Below, in pieces: positions 1 through 7,928 of a DNA stretch of 64,000 nt. The DNA is taken from contig JAISXH010000022.1 of assembly GCA_031270825.1 (NCBI GenBank), positions 33,710 through 97,709 of the forward strand, in the 5' to 3' direction. Positions within the stretch are counted from its first letter, which is position 1. Every line of letters starts with the position of its first letter. The notes beneath the pieces are model-generated. The model saw only the letters and a program-made list of their open reading frames with translations, was not told the DNA's origin and made no database searches. This stretch comes from Bifidobacteriaceae bacterium (lineage in GTDB: Bacteria > Actinomycetota > Actinomycetes > Actinomycetales > WQXJ01). Made by a program: the position numbers and the translations under genes.

Positions 1-1
1 C

Positions 2-451
2 CTGCTCCCGGCGGCAAGCTTGGGGCCAGGGGCAATGGCGACGATTCGCCTGTACACGACTGTCAACTTGGTAGTGGCGGCCGTCAACCTGGTGCCATTG
101 GTTCCGCTCGATGGCTACCTCGCTCTACGCTCGGCTCTGGGCGTCCCCAATTTGCGGACTTTGGCGCTCGCGGCGTGGCGAGAGGCGGTCGCCAACCTAT
201 TCCTGAGGACCCGGCGATCCGCTGCGCACCTCCACCGGGGCCAGCCCGCGTGGATGGTTGCTTTTGGTGGGGCCTGCGCGGCCGCACCGTTGTTGTTCCT
301 TGTCGTTTGGTCCAGTCGCTTGGCCGCGCTGTTGCACGATCAGGCCCCCGAGACGCGATCGGCAGTTGGAATCGTCGCAATAGCCGTGACGGTGGGCGCC
401 GCCGTCATCAGGATGCGAAAAGCGCGGCGAGAACGGGTCGCCTTGAGTTGA
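2..451 (+). CDS. M50-like (site-2-protease family) membrane metallopeptidase, C-terminal fragment; gene continues beyond left edge
   Basis: Frame is open back to nt 2 (the ORF-track start at 20 is only a TTG). 'NLVPLVPLDGYLALRSALG' fits the second M50 signature (NxxPxxxxDG) and is followed by hydrophobic helices. It resembles the C-terminal half of 11605..12735 ('NLGPFRYSDGTRL'). Confidence 0.55.
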   Translation: MLPAASLGPGAMATIRLYTTVNLVVAAVNLVPLVPLDGYLALRSALGVPNLRTLALAAWREAVANLFLRTRRSAAHLHRGQPAWMVAFGGACAAAPLLFLVVWSSRLAALLHDQAPETRSAVGIVAIAVTVGAAVIRMRKARRERVALS

Positions 452-572
452 CTTGCGGATCGGGGACATGCCCATCACTGGCCCGCTGTGCTACGCTCTC
501 GACTGCGCACTTCACAGAGATGCTCGCTGTGGTGCGCGGAGCTTTCGGTGGCCACGCTTTGAGGGGGCGTAT

Positions 573-1337
573 GTGGACCTGACCATTGCGAAACTCGCCC
601 GCATGGTCCAATTAACTCCGCGCACGCTGCGGTACTACGAGAGCATCGGATTGATGCCAGATCCGTACAGGACCTCCGGAAACTATCGCGTCTATTGCGA
701 GGAAGACGTCATTAGGCTGGTGCGGATCAAGCGGCTGACGGACCTGGGATTGAGTCTGAGCCAAGTCGCGCAGCTTCTTGACCGACCCGATGCAGATGCC
801 TCCGAGGACGTCTTGGCCGAACTCAGCGCCCGCCTTGAAGCCGAGGGCAGGCAGATTCGCGAACGCCAACAAACGATCACCCGTATCACCAAGGCCAGTG
901 CGTCCCTGGACACCGAGGCGGAGTTCGCCGAGCGGCTTGCCCGGCAGGCTGGGCCGGGGGTTTCCGATGCCGAAAGCGAACACGGGCACATGATCGTAGA
1001 CACGGTCGTCGCCCTGGGAACGCCGAACGACCGCATCCGAATGGAGTGGCTGTTCGAACACGCCGACGCCCTAACCGAAGTCCCGGAATTCCTCCGGCTG
1101 AATGCTCTGGACAAGGACCTGATGGATCTGCCCGAGGAAGCGACTGACCCCGAGATTCAGAAAATGGTGGAGGCGTATGTCGCGGCGCATGCCGAGGCCG
1201 ATACACTCTTCCCGCCGGGGGTGGCCCGCATGTGGTCGCTAGGGGTGGAGGAAGTGTTGGAAGCACTGCTCGAGAACCGTTTCCATGATGCGCAGGTCGA
1301 GGTTCGCAGACGTGTCCGTTCAATCCGGAGGGCTTAG
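573..1337 (+). CDS. MerR-family transcriptional regulator with ~170-aa C-terminal effector domain
   Basis: GTG at 573 lies 5 nt after GAGGGGG (561-567). 'IAKLARMVQLTPRTLRYYESIGLMPDPYRTSGNYRVYCEEDVIRLVRIKRLTDLGLSL' is a typical MerR winged HTH plus dimerisation helix. The ORF-track start at 453 adds a non-homologous extension. Confidence 0.8.
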   Translation: MDLTIAKLARMVQLTPRTLRYYESIGLMPDPYRTSGNYRVYCEEDVIRLVRIKRLTDLGLSLSQVAQLLDRPDADASEDVLAELSARLEAEGRQIRERQQTITRITKASASLDTEAEFAERLARQAGPGVSDAESEHGHMIVDTVVALGTPNDRIRMEWLFEHADALTEVPEFLRLNALDKDLMDLPEEATDPEIQKMVEAYVAAHAEADTLFPPGVARMWSLGVEEVLEALLENRFHDAQVEVRRRVRSIRRA

Positions 1338-1386
1338 GGCGGAACCACTTGAGGTTAACGCGGCGGCAGGGTGTCTTCTTGGTTGA

Positions 1387-2265
1387 ATGTCGACCGCGCA
1401 GCCTAACACCCGCCTTGCAGAACCGCGCCCGCTGAAGCGGACGCCCCTTGAGTTTGCGAGCAGCGAAGCGGCAGAGCTTACGGGTCTGACGGTGCGAGCC
1501 GTGCGCTATTACGGCGAGGTCGGGCTGTTGTCGAAGCCGAGACGCGAGTCAGGTGGCCAGCTTGTGTACACCAGAGAACACATCCTTCAGCTCCTGCGAA
1601 TCAAGCGTTTGACTGCGCTGGGTCTGTCCCTGGACGAGGTAGCAAGCGTGGTGGCCGGTCCACACACTCCTCGGTCCACTCGACTGTTGAAAGACCTGGA
1701 ACGGGCCCTAGCTGATCGGATTGCTGAACTCCAAGCCCAGCGGCGCGTGATCAGGGAGCTTATGAGCACCGGTTCGCCCATCGATACGCTGGCAGAATTC
1801 GCGCGCAGCGTCGCCGCTTTGCGCCGTGTCGGAGCTCTGACCAGGATCGACGACGCTCGTGGAGAGCTACTTCCAGCGCTGGCGGCCGCCGTAGGTGGCA
1901 TTGAGGAAGGCGAGCTGGATGGCTTTGTTGAAGGCTGGGCAGCCGAACTCGGGCTCCTGGAAGAAGCTTTGCTTGGCGTGGACAAGAACAGCAGCGAGGA
2001 CGACGTGACCGGCCTGGCACTGGACTATGGGCGAGTGCTGACGCAGATCTATCAGGACTACGCGATGGAGGGTGCTTCCCATCCTGCGCGTTGGCTGGTC
2101 AATTCAGGAATTGAAGAGATCGCCAGCGCGCTATCCGGCAGTGCGATGAACCCACGCCAGCGCGAGGTCCTGTCGCGAGCTGCAATCATTCTGGCCGCGA
2201 GTGTCAACATTCAAGGTACCGTGGCACCAGATCAAGATCCGGTGGCGGTCGGCGCTGTCGGCTAG
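1387..2265 (+). CDS. MerR-family transcriptional regulator (second, tandem paralogue)
   Basis: 'AAELTGLTVRAVRYYGEVGLLSKPRRESGGQLVYTREHILQLLRIKRLTALGLSLDEV' is a MerR HTH. The C-terminal domain loosely parallels that of 573..1337 ('AEFAERLA' vs 'LAEFARSVA'). Confidence 0.85.
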   Translation: MSTAQPNTRLAEPRPLKRTPLEFASSEAAELTGLTVRAVRYYGEVGLLSKPRRESGGQLVYTREHILQLLRIKRLTALGLSLDEVASVVAGPHTPRSTRLLKDLERALADRIAELQAQRRVIRELMSTGSPIDTLAEFARSVAALRRVGALTRIDDARGELLPALAAAVGGIEEGELDGFVEGWAAELGLLEEALLGVDKNSSEDDVTGLALDYGRVLTQIYQDYAMEGASHPARWLVNSGIEEIASALSGSAMNPRQREVLSRAAIILAASVNIQGTVAPDQDPVAVGAVG

Positions 2266-2283
2266 GCCCCACAAGTGATCACC

Positions 2284-4113
2284 TCACGGGAACGGGTGGG
2301 GCACGAGGTTCGGAATGAAGGACTCCGGGCAGGAGCCCGAATGCGCGCAGGCCGCTTGAACAAGCCGCTGCATGGACAGAGCCCGCTGAACCGACCAACC
2401 GAAGTCGATCGGCAGGAGTCCGGGGACCACGGCCTTGACGGCCCTGACACCAAGGCGACGCAGCGGCGAGGTGGTCTGATCAACGATGACTGCTTCAAAA
2501 CCCGCCTGTTCCACGATACGAGCAAGGCCTTTCAGCGTCAGCGGCGACTGGGCGGGGGGCGTGCGAAGGCTGTGTCCGATTCGGTCGACCGGCGTCACAC
2601 GAGTGTCCTGGCGATCCAGGAGGAACCCGGCCAGTGGCCTGGCGGCCGGGTTCTTATACAGGTCCGCATGGTCCTCCAGACCGACCACCAAGTCGAAATC
2701 CTCAAGCATGGCGGCAGTTTCAGTCAGTCGCGCCTCAGTCATGCGGTGGGTTGGGGGACAGGACGGATCGAACCCGAGTCCGAAATCGGAGCAGATTTCG
2801 GCGAGGGCACCACGTACGGCCTCCTCACCTGTCGGTCTGGCGGAAGCGCCGAAACACAAGGCGCCAGTGCTTAGGCTCTCGCCGACCGCCAGTACTGTTG
2901 GAACCGGTAGCCCAACCGTGCAGTCGAACAGCCAGACGCGCTGCCCGTATAGCCGCATACGGTCCAACATCGAGACCGCAGAAGGACTCGTGACTGTGGT
3001 CTGATCCAATTCCTCCAAGGCGAGTCCGCCATACCAGGCGATGAGGAAAGAGTCCCGTTCGATTGTTTCGAGAAGTCCGTAGAAGGCGGCCTCGGCCATG
3101 GTGCCGCCCACAGCGCAACCAGAGGAAGTCTCGAAAGCGAACAGCTCCGAAGGCGGCTGGGCGCCGTAGTAGACCAAAGACTCTGGCAGCGCGACCACAT
3201 CCCATCGCTTCAACGAGAACCCTGGTGTCCACGAGATGGTGCGCGGCACTGCGAACGGCCAATCAGCGCGCGCCAGTCCGAATTCATCCGGTCCGATAAC
3301 CGGAACTGGGATCCCAGAGCCGTCACCGCGCCACCGACGGGCATTGGGCGGCGGCCGGTAGCCGGCAATACGTTCGAGCGCCTCAAGAACTGCGATCGCT
3401 TCAGAGTCCCGGTAGGTTTCGGCATGCCCTCCCCAGTGCAGCGACCAATTCTCGTGGAGCGGCCCAAGACGCTTTTCGCCTGCGACTTTGGCGGGAATTT
3501 CAGACTCGAGATCCCAGAACCAACGAGTACCTGCGACTGCGGTGGCGGGATGGACAAGGTCTTCAGGGCGGATCGCCGCAGCCTCGAATCGGTCTCTTGC
3601 GCCAGACCTCGGCCCGATGGGGCCGTCGACTGACAAATCTGACCGGTACTCGACCGGAGGGGCGACCGCCAGTAGTTCGGGGTGACAGGTCGGGTCGCAC
3701 GGCTCCGCAGAGAGCATCCGGAAGCTCTCAACACGCAACGTGAATCGGCCGATGCCGACCAAGACGGGCGAAAGTTCGCAGTCGCCAGCGAGCAGGTCGA
3801 CGACGTTCGAGACCAACTGGTCTTCCCAGGGGTTGACATGTGGTCCCCGATCCGGGTTCGGCAGCGGTTGGCCACCCTCCAGCACACGGATCTCGCAGCC
3901 AACAGACGAATCATGCCCTACTGCGTCGAGGACGCAGGGCACGCACTGAGTTCGCCCGGGGTGTGAGACGAACACGTGCGTCGCAGAACGATATAGCACT
4001 GGGCCGGACCAGCTCACGGCCAGGTCTTCAACGTGGCTACCGCGCGAAGTCGGCTCTGTGACATCGATCAGGAGCCAACGGCGCGGGTCGCCGGACGATG
4101 CCGAGACGGTCAT
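2284..4113 (-). CDS. YcaO-domain cyclodehydratase (YcaO-1) with ~230-aa N-terminal extension
   Basis: 'FAFETSSGCAVGGTMAEAAFYGLLETIERDSFLIAWYGG' is the YcaO core, and 'AVVPGLLPIDFGW' is the typical YcaO C-terminus. The N-terminal part carries CxxC ('QCVPCV') and CxxxC ('PCDPTCHP') pairs. Confidence 0.9.
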   Translation of the reverse strand: MTVSASSGDPRRWLLIDVTEPTSRGSHVEDLAVSWSGPVLYRSATHVFVSHPGRTQCVPCVLDAVGHDSSVGCEIRVLEGGQPLPNPDRGPHVNPWEDQLVSNVVDLLAGDCELSPVLVGIGRFTLRVESFRMLSAEPCDPTCHPELLAVAPPVEYRSDLSVDGPIGPRSGARDRFEAAAIRPEDLVHPATAVAGTRWFWDLESEIPAKVAGEKRLGPLHENWSLHWGGHAETYRDSEAIAVLEALERIAGYRPPPNARRWRGDGSGIPVPVIGPDEFGLARADWPFAVPRTISWTPGFSLKRWDVVALPESLVYYGAQPPSELFAFETSSGCAVGGTMAEAAFYGLLETIERDSFLIAWYGGLALEELDQTTVTSPSAVSMLDRMRLYGQRVWLFDCTVGLPVPTVLAVGESLSTGALCFGASARPTGEEAVRGALAEICSDFGLGFDPSCPPTHRMTEARLTETAAMLEDFDLVVGLEDHADLYKNPAARPLAGFLLDRQDTRVTPVDRIGHSLRTPPAQSPLTLKGLARIVEQAGFEAVIVDQTTSPLRRLGVRAVKAVVPGLLPIDFGWSVQRALSMQRLVQAACAHSGSCPESFIPNLVPHPFP

Positions 4114-4212
4114 GAAAAGATGCCTTCCGAATTAAGGACGAGGCGGGATGCGATCTGCGCACCCGGCACGGTGAAACTAGCACACTGTTCACCACCTTGG
4201 TGGCCGGCGGAT

Positions 4213-4242
4213 TTGACCTTGACGTTACGTCAAGATCTTGAC
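4213..4242. promoter_or_regulatory. Operator-like cluster of four TTGAC half-sites forming two overlapping perfect palindromes in the divergent YcaO-1 / docking-protein intergenic region
   Basis: Sequence is aTTGACcTTGACgttacGTCAAgatcTTGACt. CTTGACGTtACGTCAAG (4218-4234) is a perfect 8-1-8 dyad. GTCAAGATCTTGAC (4229-4242) is a perfect 14-bp palindrome. It lies 9-38 bp upstream of the 4251 ATG and about 100-130 bp upstream of the 4113 start. Confidence 0.45.
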
Positions 4243-4250
4243 TGGCAGCC

Positions 4251-6281
4251 ATGAGTCAACTCGCATCATCGCCAGTCCTGCCGAGGGCCGCAGATCCGGG
4301 CCGGGACGGCTCTAAGTTCACCCTTCGCCTGCGCGCAGACACTATGTACAGTGCATCCAACACCGGCGTTCGATTCTCCAATGTCACGAGTTCTTTCGAA
4401 ATTGCTGGCGACCATGCCTATAAGGCGTTCAAGGCCATCGCTCCGCTGCTCGACGGTTCTTACACCCGCGAGGACTTGGCCCGCGTGCTCGGCGGACCCA
4501 TGTGGGCGAAAGTGGAGGCCTTCGTCGAGCCGTTAGTATCCCGAGGATTCGTCCGCGAGATGGATCCCTGCCCCGACGTCGAGGTCTCGGACGAGGAACA
4601 GTCCAGATTCGCCGAACAGCTTTCGTTCATCGCCCAGTTCGTTGACGATCCAAAACGCCGCTTCGCCCGGTTTCGCGACTCCGAGATCGCTGTGGTGGCA
4701 GGCGGCGCGTTCGGAGAATGGGTCGGTCATGTGCTGGCCCGCAACGGACACCGGCGCCTTGTGGTGGTTGACGACCCGTTGGTCGAGCTGACCAAGTCTG
4801 CCAGTCGGCCTGCCGTACTGGTTATTCCACCGACGCCCGCTGGGGTCAAGCTGCTGGCCGACGGTCGGCTTGGCGATCTGGCCCAGTTAGTGTTGGCGGC
4901 CTCCGCTGTGGGAGACGACATAGTCATCGGCCCCTTGTCGGCCGCCGGAACTTCTCCAGTGACGTGGGCAGATGCGATCTCAGCGATGGCAGAGCATGAT
5001 TCGGCACGCGACGTCGCCCACTACTGGGCATCAGCCTGGGCCGGAGTCCACACGGGCTCCCCGGCCACCACGCTTCCCGCAGTGCAAAGACTGGCTGGAA
5101 CCTTCGCGGCAATCGACATATTCCGGGCCCTCACCGGCATCGCGGAATCGGAGACCGCTGACTCGGTTCTGGTGGTTGATTCGGCCCACGGCGAAGCCCG
5201 GCGCCATCGGGTGGTCCCCCACCGCCAGCTACATCGATCTAGACCAACTCTGCCGCCTGCTGGTAGAGGGGTGGGGGCGCTCAGGAGGAGCGCTCCCACC
5301 ACAGCCAGAGTGTCTCCCGAATGGGGACGCGTCTGCTCAACAGTCGCCGATTCATTGACTTCTCCGATCGTGGGATTCGAAGACGGCGACCTAGAGCAAC
5401 TGCCGGTCAAGGTATCCATCGCTCGCCTGGCGCTGGGCACGGCCGGGAGCGTTGCCGTGGGAGCGGCTGACCTGTGGGATGTCGCGGGGGCACGCGCTCG
5501 AGCTACCCGTCAGGCGTTGGCGTTGCGATTGGAGACCTGGGCCCCGTGGGAGGAATCCGACGGCCTTTTCAGGGGCCCTGATGTGGTGAGCGAGCTGGAC
5601 GGGATGATTGAGTCGAACGCTCGGTCCGTCGGGCCGCTGGTCCAAGGACGCGATCTGATCACCGACGACCTGGTCTGGGCGCCAGCGGCGGCGTTGGCCA
5701 CCATGTCCCTCGCCAATGCATCGGGCGTGTTCGCCCGGTCGGCCCTCGGCATAGGCGTCGGCTTGGACTACGACGAGGCCTTGGAGCGGGCTATCTCTTC
5801 AGCGGCCTCGCGCCGGGCGGTGTCCACGTTGGAGAGGCCGAGCCTGCCTGTGATTGATCTGGCCGATGAATCGCCGGAAGGTGTCTTCCTTCGCGAAAGC
5901 GCGAAACATGCTGGCGTGGAGATCGAAGTCTTGCGTGCGGGACGGCATCTTCAGCGCGATGTGGTGGTCGCACGGTGCCGGAGCGGGAACACGGCTCTGT
6001 GGGAGCTGGGGACCGGGCCGAGTGAGCACGAGGCGTGGGCGTCGGCGGTTGTAGGGGTCCTCGGGGCGGTCCGCAGAGCTCAGGCGGGCAAGCCACATTC
6101 CACTTGGACCATGACGGCCCTGCCCGCCTTCGATGCCATGGCCCTGGTGGCGGGTGTCCCCCAGGACAATCCGGGCGACGAGGCGCGAGCGTTCGCCTTT
6201 GACATCACGACTGACGAGGTGTCGGCGCTGGGCGTAGTTGCAGTTAAGGTGCTGACCGCAGCTGGGGAGGCGGTCCGATGA
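4251..6281 (+). CDS. TOMM/thiopeptide-type leader-binding docking protein (RRE + ThiF/E1-like, 'ocin-ThiF-like')
   Basis: N-terminal PqqD-like pattern 'IAPLLDGSYTREDLARVLGG...FVEPLVSRGFV'. Rossmann-like 'IAVVAGGAFGEWVGHVLARNG'. About 676 aa, sited between a YcaO and a SagB-type gene, with its stop overlapping the next ATG (ATGA at 6278). Confidence 0.65.
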   Translation: MSQLASSPVLPRAADPGRDGSKFTLRLRADTMYSASNTGVRFSNVTSSFEIAGDHAYKAFKAIAPLLDGSYTREDLARVLGGPMWAKVEAFVEPLVSRGFVREMDPCPDVEVSDEEQSRFAEQLSFIAQFVDDPKRRFARFRDSEIAVVAGGAFGEWVGHVLARNGHRRLVVVDDPLVELTKSASRPAVLVIPPTPAGVKLLADGRLGDLAQLVLAASAVGDDIVIGPLSAAGTSPVTWADAISAMAEHDSARDVAHYWASAWAGVHTGSPATTLPAVQRLAGTFAAIDIFRALTGIAESETADSVLVVDSAHGEARRHRVVPHRQLHRSRPTLPPAGRGVGALRRSAPTTARVSPEWGRVCSTVADSLTSPIVGFEDGDLEQLPVKVSIARLALGTAGSVAVGAADLWDVAGARARATRQALALRLETWAPWEESDGLFRGPDVVSELDGMIESNARSVGPLVQGRDLITDDLVWAPAAALATMSLANASGVFARSALGIGVGLDYDEALERAISSAASRRAVSTLERPSLPVIDLADESPEGVFLRESAKHAGVEIEVLRAGRHLQRDVVVARCRSGNTALWELGTGPSEHEAWASAVVGVLGAVRRAQAGKPHSTWTMTALPAFDAMALVAGVPQDNPGDEARAFAFDITTDEVSALGVVAVKVLTAAGEAVR

Positions 6282-7924
6282 GAACCACCGCGGGCCACAT
6301 GCGGACCGCCGAGGAGCCGTTGGCTTACCCAGGCGCCCGGCCGGGAACGGCGCTGACCGAACTCGGCGAAGACTGGCTCTCGATTCCCCTAGGAAGTGCG
6401 GCGCGTTGCTACGCCGACCTGATTTTCGATCGCGCCGCCAGCGGCATGCCGATCAAGAAATGGCCTGTCGACTGGGACGACGCACCGTGGCCGCAGAAGT
6501 TCTACCCGGCGGCGCAATTCACCAGTTTGCCCGATGTCGCACAGCCTGGAGGGTTGGCGGACACGGGTCGGGTGGAACTGGGTCGAGCCTTGTGGGACCT
6601 GATGTTCTATGCCTATGGGGTGGTGGCGCGACGCAGTCGAGTCAACAACAACGAGTCCACGGGCATGCTCATCAACGCCGAAGAGATCCGCTGGGGCCGG
6701 GGGGCTTCTTCCGGTGGAGGACGATACTGCGCCGGGGTCTATGTCGTGATCGGTCAAGGCCTCTCGCTGAGTTCGGGAATTTATCACTATTCGCCCATTT
6801 ACCACGGCCTTGAACTGCTTGCCGGAGGCGACTGGACCGGCGCTGTGGCCCACGCTCAAGGTTATGGCGCCGCCCAGTCTTGCTACCTGGTGATCTCGCT
6901 CAAATACTGGCAGTCAGCCTTCAAGTACAACGATTTCGCCGCTCAAGCGACCTGCATGGACCTGGGCACGTTGATGGGGACGTGGCGCTATCTCCTGGGA
7001 CCGTCTGCTGACATGATTCAGCCGGACCTGTGGGTGAACGAACCAGCCCTAGCCGGCATCCTGGGCATTGATTCGCAGGCCGAAGCCGTCGCCGCAGTCC
7101 TTGGCCTCGGCGGCGTCACCGCTTCACCGGTCGCCGCCAGACCCGCCCCAGCCATGCCGCAGGCGGACGAACGTTCCCGAGAGGTCTACACATTTGTCAC
7201 CCAGCGGGCGTTGCAACGCGATGCCCTGGCCGAGCGCGGGGTGCCGGCCGATTTGTCTGCGGACTTCCCGGTCCCGCAATCCCTAGCCTGGTCGGTCGAG
7301 ATCGATGCTGATGCCGCCGGCAGGATCGCCTCCACCCTTCGGCGCGAGACATCATTCGGGCGGTTCGATGGGATTCCGCTTCCGCGCCGCGCCCTGCTAG
7401 AGGCCCTGATCGAAAGCGACACGGCCCAGAACGTGACCGCCGGGACGTTCTCTGGGGCAAAGGATGGGGCTGTCAGCCTGTTCGTGTTGGTGAAGGGGGT
7501 CGAGGGTCTCGCTCCGGGCTGTTATAGGTACGACAGACCAAGTCAAGACTTGGAGCGAATCGGGGGACAGGAAGCAATGGCAGTCATTCAGCGACGCTAC
7601 TTTCTCAACAACTACGACCTGGGCAGGGCAGCTGCGGCAGTGATTTTCGCCGGAGACGTCGTAGCGGTCGCGGAGCGGTACGGAGTGCGCGGATACAGGG
7701 CCCTCAACACCGCTGTGGGCGCCGTCTGCCAACACCTCCATCTTGAATGCGCCCGAAGAGGGATAGGAGCGGGCGCCGCGCTCGGGGTCGACGCGGCCGC
7801 CGCAGCGGATGCTCTGAAGTTGGGGCGCAAGAGGCCCCGGCCGCTGCTGACCATGTTCCTCGGCCATGACCGACCGAACTCGGGTGCCCTCGACGTCCCA
7901 CTCGCTCCCGAAGGAAGCAGGTGA
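6278..7924 (+). CDS. SagB/ThcOx-type FMN-dependent azoline dehydrogenase (nitroreductase fold, two lobes)
   Basis: 'WGRGASSGGGRYCAGVYVVI' and second-lobe 'IQRRYFLNNYDLGRAAAAVIFAGD...GYRALNTAVGAVCQHLHLEC' resemble SagB-family motifs. Its context between the docking protein and LanB supports the call. Confidence 0.75.
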   Translation: MRTTAGHMRTAEEPLAYPGARPGTALTELGEDWLSIPLGSAARCYADLIFDRAASGMPIKKWPVDWDDAPWPQKFYPAAQFTSLPDVAQPGGLADTGRVELGRALWDLMFYAYGVVARRSRVNNNESTGMLINAEEIRWGRGASSGGGRYCAGVYVVIGQGLSLSSGIYHYSPIYHGLELLAGGDWTGAVAHAQGYGAAQSCYLVISLKYWQSAFKYNDFAAQATCMDLGTLMGTWRYLLGPSADMIQPDLWVNEPALAGILGIDSQAEAVAAVLGLGGVTASPVAARPAPAMPQADERSREVYTFVTQRALQRDALAERGVPADLSADFPVPQSLAWSVEIDADAAGRIASTLRRETSFGRFDGIPLPRRALLEALIESDTAQNVTAGTFSGAKDGAVSLFVLVKGVEGLAPGCYRYDRPSQDLERIGGQEAMAVIQRRYFLNNYDLGRAAAAVIFAGDVVAVAERYGVRGYRALNTAVGAVCQHLHLECARRGIGAGAALGVDAAAAADALKLGRKRPRPLLTMFLGHDRPNSGALDVPLAPEGSR

Positions 7925-7928
7925 CCTA

